64,000 nt of DNA from Ptychomitrium polyphyllum (Eukaryota): the NCBI GenBank assembly GCA_973851085.1, contig OZ316775.1, positions 17,608,001 to 17,672,000 of the forward strand, read 5' to 3'. The notes under the pieces are model-generated. The model searched no databases, had not been told where the DNA came from, and saw only the letters and a list, made by a program, of their open reading frames with translations. Shown here piece after piece: positions 50,001 to 64,000 of this stretch (positions within the stretch are counted from its first letter, which is position 1; each line of letters begins with the position of its first letter). Both the position numbers and the translations under genes were made by a program.

Positions 50001-52456
50001 TCATTCATGTCAACCCAATGCCAAGTGGGAAAAGTATCTTGAGTGCACCTTAGGAATGTGGCTTGCTCAGGTAAGCAATTTACGAGATGCAGAGAAACGT
50101 GTGCGGGCGAAGGTTCGAGTGTCAGAAAGCGAACTTGACATTCTGAAAAGAAGGTAAATATTCTCCAATAAGACCTTTTTGCTTCAATCTAGATTTTAAA
50201 GAGAAAACTTCCTTTCTACTGCATAAGTTTAATACCCGAATAACATGTGGAGTATGTGGATACACTCTTTAACCAGATTACTGTACGCAGGTTCAAGATC
50301 CAGGGTGCCAGAGATCTACCCCCATCTCGCACTAGATCCAGGTACATTTTTGACAAGTCGCCGTCTCCCTTGAGAAGTCATAAAATGCCCCATCGAGGTA
50401 AATATCTGCATTTACTGACTGTACCATTGAACAGAGAAGCTTTTTCAGTGGAACCGTCCACCAGAATTGGCGGTGGGATTCCTAATGGACTCAAGCGACC
50501 GTCTTCTATGTCCACTCGTACGAACACACCTACAGGAAAACGACGGGGAACCCCTCCTGGTAAGAGGATACCCCGATTTGTTCAATTCATGAAAAATTTA
50601 TTCAGAGATTCACTAAGAACTTCTAAGTATGAGTCGTCTCTGACTTTCAAGCCTTATTGAGAAGAGTGTAATTAGAGGACTACATATGGCTCATGTCCAG
50701 GCTCTCGCCCATCTTCCCGGCCATCTTCTTGCCCCTCGTTCAGCCATTCACGAAACCAGTCTCGTGACGAGGTCGTCAGTCTCATCAGAGGCCGTTCTCC
50801 TGGCCAACATAGGCGAATTCAATCTCCATATTCTCGGCCAGTTTCATCAGCCAGGACGGAAGATGCATATGCCAGGTGCTTGTTGAGGCTAAATCCAATT
50901 TCAGTTGTTTCAATGATACCAGGAAAGGGAAGTCGAACTTAGAGAATGCAATACAGGAACTTTGTAGATCGTCTTAGGCTTTTGTGCATAGTTTTCACTA
51001 CCAGTCACATACGTTACATGTCCTTAAGATTCTTTACCTAAGTTTTTCATTCTACACCAAAGAATCACGTAAATACTTTCTGTACTATGTTAAGAAGGAA
51101 TTTCATGTTACGTGAGCAGAGGGATTTCTAGAAATATTGGGAGAACTCGCTCGGTGCTAAGTGCCTCGAACAGGACTGCATCACCTATTGAGGTACTTCA
51201 TTCTTTCTTACATTTGTACTATTGTAACTTTGTAAATAACTAGTCCACTTCAGCCGTCACTGTCTTGTGATGCTTTTTGATTTGTTGCAATTGGTATCCC
51301 AGACTCAGACGAGTTCAAAATCAGGAAGAAGCGAGACATCAGCAGAGAGCCAACGTTATGTACGAGATAATGTTAGTCCGTCGCCTGTTTGGTAATGAGA
51401 ACCACAACAAAGACTTTATAAGTGCTTCTTTACTTCACATCTTAATCCAGGAGCTCTTTTGCTCACCAACTTGGATCTTTTGCAGGAATAGGGATACAGG
51501 ATTTCAGTCTCTGCAAGGGGTAAAGAAAAGGACGGGTCCGGCATCAACCCCGCTTGGCTTCACCACTGACGATGAACGTGAGCTGGTAAGCAAGGTCCAT
51601 GCGATTATCTTGCACTTGTAACTAATGGACAAGTCTGACCTGGGATGGTAGCAATTAATTATTCAACAATAGAAGTTAGTGAGTACGTGTGTTTGGTCAC
51701 TAATAGTAGATTCGTAGACTTGATGCCAACATAATTTATAGCCGATGTCTGTTACATGCTAGAGTTGCTCTGCTTCATTGGTTCTTCGCCATTACATGCT
51801 TCTCAGGATTGTCTGCAGTTGGTGGAACACCTTAGTTCAAGGCTCGGTTCAAGAGCAAGCTCTCCAGGCACTGTCTTAAGAGATGTGAAAGCCAAACTCC
51901 ACAAGTACGTCTTGTTGAGTACTGCTGGCAGTCTTTTTAGTCGCTGTTTTCCTGTCGGTTGTTCACATTATACGAATCAAGTTCTACATGAGAAGTCTTG
52001 CCAACGTATACTGATCAGTTCGATTATGAGCGCAGGTATGCAAGAATGGAGGGCTATGATATCAGTGACACAGAACCACGTGGCACGAGTGGCAGTTTTA
52101 GGGACTTCAACGGTGTCTCATCGTCCATGGACAAATCAGGTTAGAAGAACAACGGTTACACAACCCACTTCACCAGTCAATCAGTTGTTGCACGGAAGAA
52201 AGTTCCGTATGTATATATTTTACTTAATTCAATGCTGTGAATGTAATGTCCCTATACGTGTACGACACACTGTAATAAGTAGGATCAATTAATTGTCAAA
52301 TGAGTTTGTGATGCATGGTTGTATGACTCAGGAAGGTTTGATGTCATGGTTGAGAGACCTAACGATGACGACAAGGAAGTTAGGGACATTGACTCAAGAC
52401 TGCATGCTCTCAAAAACTTTCTCAAGACTGCCAAAGCCAGGACAGCCCAAAAATAA
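47009..52456 (+). CDS. CCDC61: CCDC61/VFL3 centriolar SAS6-family coiled-coil protein, multi-exon
   Basis: Exons 47009-47165, 47554-47698, 48010-48099 and 48197-48425 give WRGDF..RYIEEITQKTGNFKKF...DLLT..D...KRYLILTY..EFDRVHYPLPL. C-terminus is DIDSRLHAL.NFL. Middle exons are not fully resolved. Confidence 0.9.
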
Positions 52457-53136
52457 AATAAATCAATTAGAATTGACAGGCCTCACTTATAGAGCTGATA
52501 TAGAAGAGGAGAATGTGGAAAATCTTGTCTACAAACAGAAACGAAACGTGACAATCAACATAGTTGAAGGAAAGAACTATCTTCTGCAACTGTCGAAGAA
52601 CAAGATTGACTCAGCAATGAGTGATTTCATTGTTTTTCCAATCCATGTAATAGTATTTCTTTAAAGACGTAAATTGGAGGCAATATTATTCAAACCTTTG
52701 TATCACTAGTCAGATGTAATGACAGCCAGACGACAGGCCACTGCAAAGCAAATTTGACTAAAACAAGGAGAGACAGCTTGACAATACTATTGTCATGAAT
52801 TTGCATTGTACAGCTTTCACGGTTTCAATTTAACATTCAATGGTTCCAAAAAATTTATCATAAATCACAAAATACAGCTGTACGAACAAAAAAACTTTCT
52901 CATGTTGATATACACTCGCGACCCTCATGGGGACAAAAAACGCTGGTTTCTCGATCTCAGTTGTTGATGCTTCCTAAATCCTCAGCTCAATGTAAGAATC
53001 TTCGCAATCTCATAGCAGCCTCGTATGTCTTCTCCAATGAAACAGTTTCTAAACACAACAGCAAGACTTGGATCTGAGAGGGAAAAACCATGAAATGGTT
53101 GATGCAGGTTAGGATCCAAACCAGGGGATGCCCTGT

Positions 53137-56100
53137 CTATACTCTGTAGACAACACCAATCTCGATAGAGTTTTCTTGAGGTATATGTAATACAACTGAA
53201 GGCCCCCGGCATATCCGCCTCAAGAAAGTGTAGACAAAGTTGATTGCCAACTTCTTTATTACTGAAGATGCATTTGATGCCTCGACGTACGAGTGGCCTA
53301 AAATATATACCACGCCCTTCTCCTTGGCTTCTTTAAGCTTTTCGATTTCTTGTCTGACAGCTGGATCTGGCTCCTTGCGCTTCGGGGTTTGGAAGCGAAC
53401 ACGCTTCTTGCCATTGCCATTGCCATTGCCATTGCCATTTGGTCGTGAAGGATTCTCACTGCCAGGGACCTTCACAAGCCATGAAGATGAACTGTACTAA
53501 GTTAGAAGCGAATTCAACACCAGAAAATGCGGTTGCAAACAAAATCACTTTTCAAGTAATTTAATATCCTTCTCTAGAAATGAGCAGTAAATTTACGAAA
53601 TTTTAGACTTCAAAGAGTTAGAATTCTGTACATCATAGCTTGGCGTACCAAGTGAGTCACAAATTCATCTATTCCAGATCCTCTCCAGAAAAGCAGCTCG
53701 TTGGGGTGCAAGTTTTGTAAACAGATTTCACTTTTGTCCACAATACTGGCATATGACTAGAAAAAAGTATCAAGCAACTGAGCGACAGAAAGAAATACAC
53801 ACAACCACCTGCATGAGAAAAAGGAAATAGAAGGCGATACCTGGGAAATTCTGAGAGGTTCTTTTCCTTTCAAAGATATCTCTTTAAGGGCCCCATCGCT
53901 GTTTATAGCATGCACCAAACTCGATGATCGAATACCTGATAACTGCATTGTCCCATCTGATTCATCATCGCAACTGAATGACTCGTACTCCACGTCATCC
54001 TCTGTCCAAATGAAGGTATCTAGATTCTGTATGAGAAAATCTTCAAACTTGTGGTCGTCTTTGTGTATGTCTTTGTATCCATAGCGAACGACACACCTGC
54101 CAAAAGGACCAAGAGTTAGGAAGTAAGATTCACGCAAACCTTTCCTCTAAAGCTTTAGGAGGAACTCATAGAGGGTATCCCTGACAAATGCCTAGTGTTC
54201 CTCAAATAATCCACATTTAAACACCTTCAATCATCGAAACCCCTATAGAAACATGCCTATGAAACCGTTTAAGATTACACAAAGCTGAATCTTCGTAACA
54301 TGTTTATTAATCTATATTCCGAAAACGTACGTTAATTGCGATATTTTACTCAGAAGGATAATCAGCTGAGCTTCCTGACTAAAACACCCTTAGCAAGCCC
54401 CAAAAAATTTAGATAGAAATAATCTAGAGTTAAAACTCACCTGTACATGCGCAATCTCTTTGGACCAATTCGTCCTATAAGGTACCGCTCATTGGGAGGA
54501 ACATAGGGCACAGGGACAGATTTAATGGAGACAAGTACCAGGAAATCATGCAACGCCGGTAGGTTGGTGAAAAAATGAGCGAAAATAGGCGGAACAGCCG
54601 ATACAAGCTCTGTGTATACAAGACCAATACCAGGAACACGGACAAGTCCCAAATTTTGCCCAATGCTCAATAAGGTTTGCATAGTGACTTTATTCTGCAA
54701 GTCGTACTCGTACTTTTTTACCGTCCCATAATTCCATATGTACATTATGCACGTGAAAACGAACGTTAGCACCAATGGAACCCATCCGCCTTGTGGAACT
54801 TTCATGATCGATGCGGAGATGTACATAAGCTCAATGGACCCGAAGATTAGGAGAAATCCTAGAGCCCAGAGTATGTTTCGCCCCCATACGATCAATATTA
54901 CCAAAGCCATTAGACATGTCGTCACAAGCATTACTGATATAACCGCAAGACCTGCACAGCAAATCAACAGGTTAGCTTCCAGGCATAATGCGTAGGTCAT
55001 TTAAATCCAGACTCTTAGATAATATCTAAGCAATATGTAGTGAAATCGTGAGAGAACGCACAACCAAATTGTTCCAGTTGCGCCCAACTACAACCTATCC
55101 ATATACCGGTATACAATATACCAAGACGGTCAGTTACTATGAAATACATGGATGACGCTTGCAAACACTAATATCCTGAAACAACCCAACGACCATAGGA
55201 CACGCATCGATACTGCGATATGCCTTCAAACACTTGCTACTGATTTTGGTATATCAAGCTCATCGAAACGTAATCATCAAGCTCATCAGTTTGATATAGC
55301 AGATACATACCATATGCATTCCCTATGGTGATTGTATCCCTGAATCCAATGGTAATAGCCAAGCACAAAAGGAACATAATCCAGTTGATTTCAGGTATGT
55401 AGATCTGGCCATGGATACTTTTGGATGTGTGGATCACTTTGACCCTAGGGAAACAGCAGAGAGATACACATTGCTTTATAATTGAAAACGTCGCTGAAAT
55501 AACAGCTTGACTCCCCACAACAGCTGCCAGTGTGGCGACCACAAATACAGGCCAAAAGACAGGTTCTGCACATTGACAACATGAGATAATTGTCAAATAA
55601 AATGCTCGTTTCTAGATGACAGGAAAAGCTAGGTCCAGGTTTCATCACATGACTGATTTGTTGCGCTTCATCAAAAAATTTACATAGGGATGCACTAGTG
55701 AGAATCATAAATAGAAAGTAGAAGCGCCATCTATCCAAAAGCATCGCCTACGCCAGGCTGCGTAACACGTAAGCTTAATCATATATAATACTTAATAGAA
55801 GGAAATATGAAAAAGCCTAGTACTTGGTATGGACTTGTAGAAGCTCTCTGCAACGTCGTCTCGATGCTTGGACAAGTATGCAGCTTGCCCGAAGTAACCC
55901 AATATCAAGCATGGATACACCACAGTTGTAAAAGCAATCTGCAACCACATTAACATTAAAATCCTCACATTTCATTCTAAAAGCTGAATTAATTCGAGCT
56001 CCAGCTGCAACAACTAAGCCACGTTCAAGTTCAGTTGACCCAGTATAAAGCTACCTTAATCCAGCCTTTCTCCTAAGGTGTTTGCAGGTGTTTTGAGGTT

Positions 56101-58825
56101 CTTGCACATGTAAACAAGCTACATCCACAAGCAGAGATCTGACTTTGCGAATGCCCAAACGATGCAAAAGCTCAGGAAGCATTCTGATGGGTTACTGAAG
56201 CGCAAAAATCTTCCAATTTATTGCGTCCTAGCATGTCGCATCCACTATTAATAGATCACCAAATGTAATTGTTGCACTAGCCCTTGGGAAACAAGGACTC
56301 ATTGACATAAGATAGGACTCATTATCTTGTGTTTAATCACTGTACGCAGTATCGCTCAACTTTATATCTAAACCCAACCAGTACTTCTAAATTAGGATTA
56401 TACCTTGATAGATAGTTGGTTGAAATGACCTAGATCTGCAAACATTGCTTCAGTTCCTGCACACGTCTACCAAAATTTAGTTAGTTATTCATAAATCTTT
56501 CAGATCTGCCATACAGTAATTTATCGACCACTAAAAGCTATATTTATATTCCGAACAGATATTGCATATTATCTTCTCGAAGAATTGAGCGCTTTCCACT
56601 AACATCAGCAAAAAAAGTAAAAAAAGGGACCTACCTGTAACGCAAAGAACGATACCACCAAGGGATATCCAACCATCCTTCCCGGCAACTTTCAGAAATT
56701 TGTACATGTATACAGGAGACAATGCAGACCAGATTCCTCGTGGATTATAAAATATTATATTATAAATTCCAATGCTGGAGATGCAAAACAGCCACGCAAT
56801 CACAATTGGTGCAAACAGGAAAGCCACTCGGCGTGTTCCAAAATGTTGAAGTGCGAATAAACCAGCCAATACGCAGCATGCCACTGCAGTGACAATATCT
56901 GTCATCACAAGTCACTGAATTAACCATCTATCCACTTCAATAGTGCTGGACAACACGGTACGTCTTTAACTGAATACGATATCCTAATATGCGTTTCTGC
57001 AAAGTTCAAGCATCCTTATAATCGACACTTGATTATAAAAACAACTTAAGTGACTGGTTGAACATGTTCAATAAGATCAGTAATACGAACATTCATAAAT
57101 CTTAAAGTCCAGTACATCAAGAACTTATTTTGCAAACTGTGAACACTCCAATTCTAACTAAAGAATATGATTTACAATGAAAAGATGAACAGACAGTATC
57201 AAAGGTACTACTTACCGTCATGAAGGCTCGGTACCGCAACTTTGATACCTGTAACCGCTGATAAAACTGCAAAACCACCACCGTCCAAATATATTAGCAC
57301 ATTTCACAGTGCCAGTTTAGAAGGCATATAGAAATACTTCAGAGCCTCACAACCTCCTGTCAAAAGCCAGGTTAGAAATTTAGAAGCCATGTATTGAACA
57401 GAGCACTAAGGGGTCGGTTACAACATCATAAACCAAGTCCTTGACCTAAAAGTGATGTGATTAGTAAATATCAAGGGGCTTAATCGTAAGACGACATGGA
57501 AGCACAAAGAATGGCACTAACTTCTAAAACATAGACCCACGTTTCCGCAGCAATGAGTGAAAAGCTGCTTACATGCAGCTGGACTAAGATTTGTCTCTAA
57601 TGGACCTTGGATGCAATTACTTGCAAGAAGTTATAACTGCTGACAACATTGAAAACTAGGTCTGAGATAAGCGTTAACAAAATGTATGAACAAAATCCGT
57701 GTAAACTTAAGCTGAAAAAGAGGGTGAAAAAGGAAAAGAAAATCAAAGAAACACGTGTCGTTAGACTGTCGGCATAAGACCTAACAAAGGGCAAGCTGCG
57801 ACGATGATGCGCACCAGATATGGCGGGTGTAAAAACGCCATCGGCAATGACCATGCTAGTTCCCAAGAGAACAACTATGAGGAGTCCCGTGCGACATTGA
57901 GGATGGTTTTCAAGAAAATTCTTCACCCGCAACCCTTGCTTAATTTGAAATGGCGTTTCCACCTTATACGTGGAGAGCTGCTCATCAGCATCTTGTTGAG
58001 TAGGCAATAAACTGAACTTTGCATGGCGGCATAGAAGAGAGTAGAGAGCAAACGTTCCACCTGAGATTCAGACACGTTCTATCTTAGACACACACATTTA
58101 CCTCATAGCGACTAAAAACTCTTACCACGACCAGAAACAGAGGTGCAAGTGACAGTAACATTGTACCGCTAACCATGAAAGCAACTTCTCCACTTTTGAA
58201 GTTGCCCACTAGTTGAGCATAGCGCAATTAAGTGATTGAACACACCTACAAATCGTACTATAACACAGATGTGAGAAACCTGCCCCATGCCTCCGACCGA
58301 CCTTGTATGAAGGATCTCACCTTCGCCATTGTCGCTTGCACTCAACACGATGAACACATATTTGATGAGAGGGATGAGCGTCAGCGTCCAGAAGATAAAG
58401 GACAACACGCCCAGTATCTCCTCATCACCCCCATGCATGTGCAGCCTGTCTGAAAAAGTACTCCGATAAACGTAGAGAGGTGAGATGCTCAGATCACCAT
58501 AGACTACGCCAAAGCTCTGATATGCCAGTATTAAGATCGTCTTTATTGGTATCTTATCCTGCAATACAAGAAGCCCGCACACCCTCAAGCAATGGTGCCA
58601 GTGACCTATTTCTGGAAGTCCACTGCCTAACGACATTGCGCAAACCATAGCTTATCAGCGCATACCTTATCAGCGCATACCTTATCTTTGTCTAATAACA
58701 GCAAATGAGGGAACCCAAGGGTTCGAATATACCATTAGTCGAAACATGTCGACCCATATCGAGTTCGGGTCAAAGATGAAGTGTACCTGGGCTCTGAAAG
58801 CTGCAACTCCTGTCTCCGCATCCAT
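53137..58825 (-). CDS. HAK: HAK/KUP/KT potassium transporter, ~11 coding exons
   Basis: Exon 1 [13 protein letters not shown] (58825-58787), then [79 protein letters not shown] and a terminal EIGVVYRV*. Confidence 0.95.
53408..53439 (-). repeat. Coding hexamer microsatellite (TTGCCA)5 encoding a Gly-Asn repeat
   Basis: ttgccattgccattgccattgccattgccatt; gives [14 protein letters not shown] in the last HAK exon. Confidence 0.9.
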
Positions 58826-61800
58826 GGCGATGATTCTGATTCGAGTATCTGTTTATTGTGTTGTGCTTTTGTTGTTCATATGTTACAAAACCTGCAACAC
58901 GAATTATCCAAGTGGAAGTTCCAGTGCCTGCGAGAGGGAGGATAGACCGGTAGCAATAGCATGAGAATCCTTACACTACCTAGATGGTATGGTCCATATA
59001 AAGTACATCCCGCTCCTTCGCTTTGGAAACTCGTCCATATCAAGGCCCCGCCGACGAATGCGAGATTCGCGTTTCTTCTCCTTCTTAACGGCCTCTACTT
59101 ATTTCTACTTGTCACTCAAATCTGCACCCCAGCCCATATGTTTGAACTGCTAATTCTTGTCATTAGAAAGAGCCTTAAACCCTTTGATGCAGCGGGAGTT
59201 TGATCGCGCCCATAGAATAGCAGGAAAGAAACTCTGTCGAACAATACGTGTGCTGAGATTCGCTACTCGGATGATCCAAATATAGGAGAGGTAGAGAAAG
59301 GGTGTGATAAGTGCAACTGACTGCAAGACACACCGTGCAAACAGCAGAAGACTTCAGCAGAGGATCAGACTTCCAACGTAACGAATTCCAGAACGAAACC
59401 CATGTGCACTAAAACTCGAGGCCCAACCCGCGCCGCCAAACTTTAGAGAAAAGTTTCAGGGACTCTTTCAGCCGCCACATTGCCTCGATTCAACGAGGCC
59501 AGTATATAAGAGAAAACAAAGCTCGTAACAATTTAACGGGGCAAATTCGACAGAACGACGAAAGCAAGCAAAAGAAGGAAAATGAGAAAAACTTCCCGTG
59601 CCCCCCAAAAGCTTCAAAAAACTCACACCTCCTCCCCACCACACAACGAAGAATCAGAAACAGAGAACATAGAACTAAAAATTGAAAGCACTCACATAAC
59701 CTGGAAACATGACACACAAGCTTTTCCTGCAAAGACGCCTAGTAAGTGCACAATTGAGGGAGACAAGCGGTGCAGCCAGCACAAAGCTACACAAATACCC
59801 TTAGAGAAACGCACCAGCTACTAAACACTCCAAACTCACAGCCACGACAGACTCGAATCTCGAGAAGCCGTCAAATCATCTCTACCCCGCCCCTAGATCG
59901 AATTCATGGGCTACTCAAACAACACCCTGCCTCTTCCGAAGCAAGCTTAACCCAAATCAATCACCACAATGCAACAAGCCCAGCGTGGTTGTGTAGACTC
60001 CAAACCAGCTCCAGGCAACGCCACCTACACGCCCCCTACACGCCCCATACACGCCCCCCAGTCGCCACTGCACACCGTGAGCAATTGGAGATAACCGCCG
60101 CGAAAGTGGAACTCCAATTCCCAGCTAGGCTACTCTCACGCTCGCGGCCAGCGCTCGTTGCGGATGAATAGGACGATCCAGTCACTCTATTTCTCTCTAG
60201 CAGGACTCATCTTCGTCTCCAAGAAGAATTTCCTCACTCAAGAGCCTGGACTCGCAAGGATAAGCCTGCGAATTGAACTGCATTACAGGAGCCATCCGCT
60301 GGTGCATTGCGAAGCCTCAGCGGTGGATATAGCATGTCTACGTGGAGAGCGGATCATTGGGGCGCATGCGCTCTCAGGCGGAGATGGGCCATACTTGCTG
60401 CACCGATTTAAGCGGTGCAAGGCCTTGAACTTCCTCTACTAGCTGGCGAGTCGATCGCTAGGTAAGTTCCAACAGTCCCGCCGTGGCCCATCATCAAGAT
60501 CAATCTAGCTTGGTTGGTCGCATGCTCATTCATGCTTCGGTCATCATGTACTAAGCCTAGAATCGTCCGGATCGAGGGGGCACCTGGGGTGCTGATATCC
60601 CTCCACTGTACGCTGCCTCATGTACGCGGTACTTACATTCTGATATGATTCGGCAGCCATCGACTTGCCGGATCAACTCGTCGTGGCCCCACCGGTGCCG
60701 TGAGCGCAATGTGGAGTACAGGGTTTTCGGAAACAACAATTGTAAGCGATGGAGAGGAATCGTGTGTGGAAATGAGCACATGTCCGTCGTAAGCATTGTT
60801 GGCCTCTGGTGAAAAGGCTTGACGTTTGGGATTGTTGATGTACCTGTAGGGATCGTTGAAAAGATTCTTCAGCGTTCAAGCTAGGCTGCGTACTGTCCTC
60901 CGAGCCTTTTCTACCAGAGGACAAAGCTCCAAACATTGTGCGGAGTAGGTGAGACCAACTCGAAGTCAATTATCAATTATCTGCCATGATGGCGACGTTT
61001 GTTGTACTATAGATTTAGAATAGTATTTTCTGTTCTCTCGAGGTTAACGCTCACAATGCGGTGTATTCGATTTTTGTAGAAAATTATTTTTCTTTGGACT
61101 TGGGTGATCCTATGTCACCCGTTGTTAGTTTCGGATGGAGCTAATGGACAAAAGATGCTGAATCTGCAACTGCGGCGCTGCAATGATGAAACTGTAGCAC
61201 CAATGATGTAGAGGTGAGAAATTACTTCAGCCATTGTAAGTTTCCAAATGCAGAGAAACTTCTTTTACTGAAGAGGTTCAAACTGGGTGTTGGCACATGA
61301 GTTTGAAATCTCCTGATTTGTGCTTTTACCCGCACGGGCATGTGATGTGGGGCATGAGAGGCTGGGAGCGGTGATCAAGATACCGGCAGATTTACCAGAT
61401 TCCTCTAGCATCTAGATTTGAGTGAATCAACGAGCTTTGCTACAGTGAGCAACTGACTTCATTAAAGAAAAAAGCACCACAGTGGACGGATATGACGGCC
61501 ACTTGGCGATGCAACATGCAAGAGACAAACGTTGTCAAAGGGCTCAACATCTCAGTGGTAAGTTGTAACTAACATTTAAGATAGACGCAACATTCAGATA
61601 TCACTCACAAAACTTTACTCCAGTACTGCAACATGTGCATGAAGAGTGGACAGGTAATATTGTGTAGAGCCCATCTTCCTTGAATCCTTCCACTGCAAAT
61701 TACAATGAAGCAGTGAAGGGATAGCCTGACCAACCGCAAGATGTCTTCTTTTTAATAAACAATTTCACAATTCTTTGGGTGTACAGTATTCCTGTGGAAG

Positions 61801-63504
61801 GGACTGTATACGTCTTCTGTACTTTTGGAGATACGGCACTGGTTCAGCATGTGACTCCACAAGTGTATAGACAGAAGCAGAGAGCACCACTAACTCTAGA
61901 TGCATATTCGGTTAGGAATCATCACTCATGAGCATCATGGTTCATGTGAATCTGACAGAGGTCTTATGCTTTCTGGCACAGGGAGTATGCTCTTGTGTGA
62001 CTTCAGAGATTGTGCACGGTGGTGTCTTGAACCTGGTGACTCCATGCCTCCCTGATTCCCTAAAGATACTGCACGTTGATTCTAAAAGCACAAGGTCCAA
62101 GGTGTAAATAAATGTGGGCCACAGGAGTTGAATGATGGACTAGGATTCCACAGTTGCAACCTAGAAACAATCCCCTGCCTCTGGAGCATGTTGGCATTTG
62201 ACTTATTTAGAGCAGACAAGAAAAGTGCGGCCTGGAACGGAATTTTGATGAAGTTAATGAGGATTTTTATCCGACTGTATTCTGTGCATGTTTTGTCCAC
62301 CTAGCCAGTTCTTCACCGTGGCAAGCACTTAGTCTCCTCCTTTGTGGTTGTAAGTGGAGGCATCCAAGGTGTACAGAGGTCCATAAACGCCATTGCCCAG
62401 GAGGCCAGATAATCAATTCCATAGTGAGTGAAACATTAGAAAATGTTCACATCCAGGTTAAGCATCTACCAGTTTCAAACGTAAATCTTGAAAACCAAAA
62501 GTCATTTGTTCAAACCAGGAATTTGTACATAACATTTGAGAACTAGTGCTAGAATAGGCGGCTATTGAAATCTACATTGTCTAGTTCAATTCATAATTGC
62601 TAATCATTTATTTGGCATGATTCAAGTATTCATTAACTTGATTCCTAATTTAATTTCAAATAAAAGGCCACTTCAACACTAATTTTAGAATGTCATGTAA
62701 GTCTAGATTACAAATAACTTGTATTACTTCTACTCATCTTTAATAAAGAATTGATTACTTTTTCACAAAATCATCATGGTGTGCTTAATCCATTCTTACT
62801 CATGACATTCTAAAACCCAATTTTAAAGCAGCTTCTTCTTTAGGAATCTCTTCCACTAATTATGACTAATTTGAATTAAAAAAATTTACTTAAGGTTTTA
62901 ATAGTGATTGAAATTTATCAAAAAACTTACATATAGCCATTCTTATTAAGCATTTACATGTAATTTTAGAGGCAAAAATAGCCTTCTAAGAATTATATAT
63001 AGAAATTATAAATTGTACTTTGAAAGCAATTAATGTACAGTCACAAGAAGAATAAAAAAATAGAATATTATGAAAATAATTTTCAAATTCTTAAGAAGCT
63101 CATTAACTTTACTTCCAAATGTATACAAGTGATTTAAAATCCATGCAATAAATTACATGTGTCAATTATATATATATAACTTTTTGGTTGTAAAGCATAT
63201 ACTTCATTGATAAACACAAATGAAATGAAAAACAAAATGAGGCTATATGTAATATTTTGCTTGAAAAGATAGATATAAAAACGTCCTTCACATTATTTAA
63301 TTTGCATCAACAATTCCATTCTACTGTGAACACTCATAATTACTTGGAATTAACACAATTACAACACATTTAACATTTGCTTTCAGTACAAAAATCCATC
63401 AAAATTAATAAAATTTAAACTTAAAGAATACAAAATAAAGGAATTTTTCAAAACTGTATAGGAACCTCATTATTTAAGACCATTTCAAAATAAATTCAAG
63501 CAAA

Positions 63505-63834
63505 TTAATACCAAGACAAGGCTTCAGCATTCCAAGATGTGAAATAAGATATGTCTAAGATATATTAGTAAAAAAGAGCAATAACAAGATACAAAGACAA
63601 GCCCAAAAGGTCTAAGCTAGACCACAAGATATGCAGTCTCAAAGTTGAAGATCCCTTCAGCCTCAACTCTTATATATACTATGATTACAAGCGTTGGAAG
63701 CTCCTTAAAAAGCTTCTACTGTATTGCTTTATACTCAAGAAACCTTGAATTGTTCCTTTGGAAGTTTTATAAATCGAGAGAACTTCTTTGGAAGCTTTTT
63801 AAATCTTCTAAGAACCTTTTTACATGCTTCAAAT

Positions 63835-63865
<31 letters not shown>

Positions 63866-64000
63866 CAACCGTGACATCACCTCTTCTTCTAGCTCAAAGG
63901 TCTTCAAAAAACATGTTGCAACAAATGCTCAAAATTTAAAGAAGTCAAAAATTCGTTGCATGGTGTTTGCAACATATTCTAATTGCTTTTCATGATTCAA
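63505..64000 (-). mobile_element. Family A copy A3: 3' LTR (~63505-63876), PPT and ORF3 C-terminus; continues beyond the window
   Basis: Collinear with the A2 LTR and ends ccgtgaca at 63876. PPT (minus) agaagaagaggtga. Frame 64000-63929 reads LNHEKQLEYVANTMQRIFDFFKF*. The left terminus is eroded. Confidence 0.85.
63833..63866. repeat. (TA)n/(TACA) microsatellite inside the A3 LTR
   Basis: Expanded atat tract where A1 has only catatatatt. Confidence 0.85.

Noticed and set aside
59490..60969. Several 80-130 aa ORFs upstream of HAK
   Set aside because: No recognisable domains and they overlap on both strands. More likely 5' UTR, intron or promoter sequence.
61183..61271. C box ATGATGA and D box CTGA as a possible C/D snoRNA
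   Set aside because: No terminal stem and no identifiable guide complementarity.

Overview
Eukaryotic plant nuclear DNA. It is most likely a moss such as Physcomitrium; this is inferred from the centriolar gene CCDC61, a type-D nsLTP and fungal-like chromoviruses. Bases 3408-35285 form one nest of decayed LTR retrotransposons inside a single outer Gypsy chromovirus (family A; TSD CCACT/CCACC). The nest contains a TIR-bounded non-coding insert, an iMet-primed chromovirus (family C) with a solo LTR beside its PPT, a half-tRNA-primed Copia, two family-B chromoviruses and an inverted family-A fragment. Bases ~37.5-59 kb are a gene island: NDUFB11/ESSS, a degenerate tRNA-Gln(CUG), PEX22, an nsLTP, CCDC61 and a HAK/KUP K+ transporter. 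Another family-A 3' end enters at the right edge. Main highlights: (1) an unannotated third ORF between pol and the 3' LTR, conserved at protein level across families A and B (three copies here); (2) a Tf1-type self-priming signature in family B, whose LTRs also carry perfect heat-shock elements. Family labels A/B/C are my own, and all alignments were done by eye.
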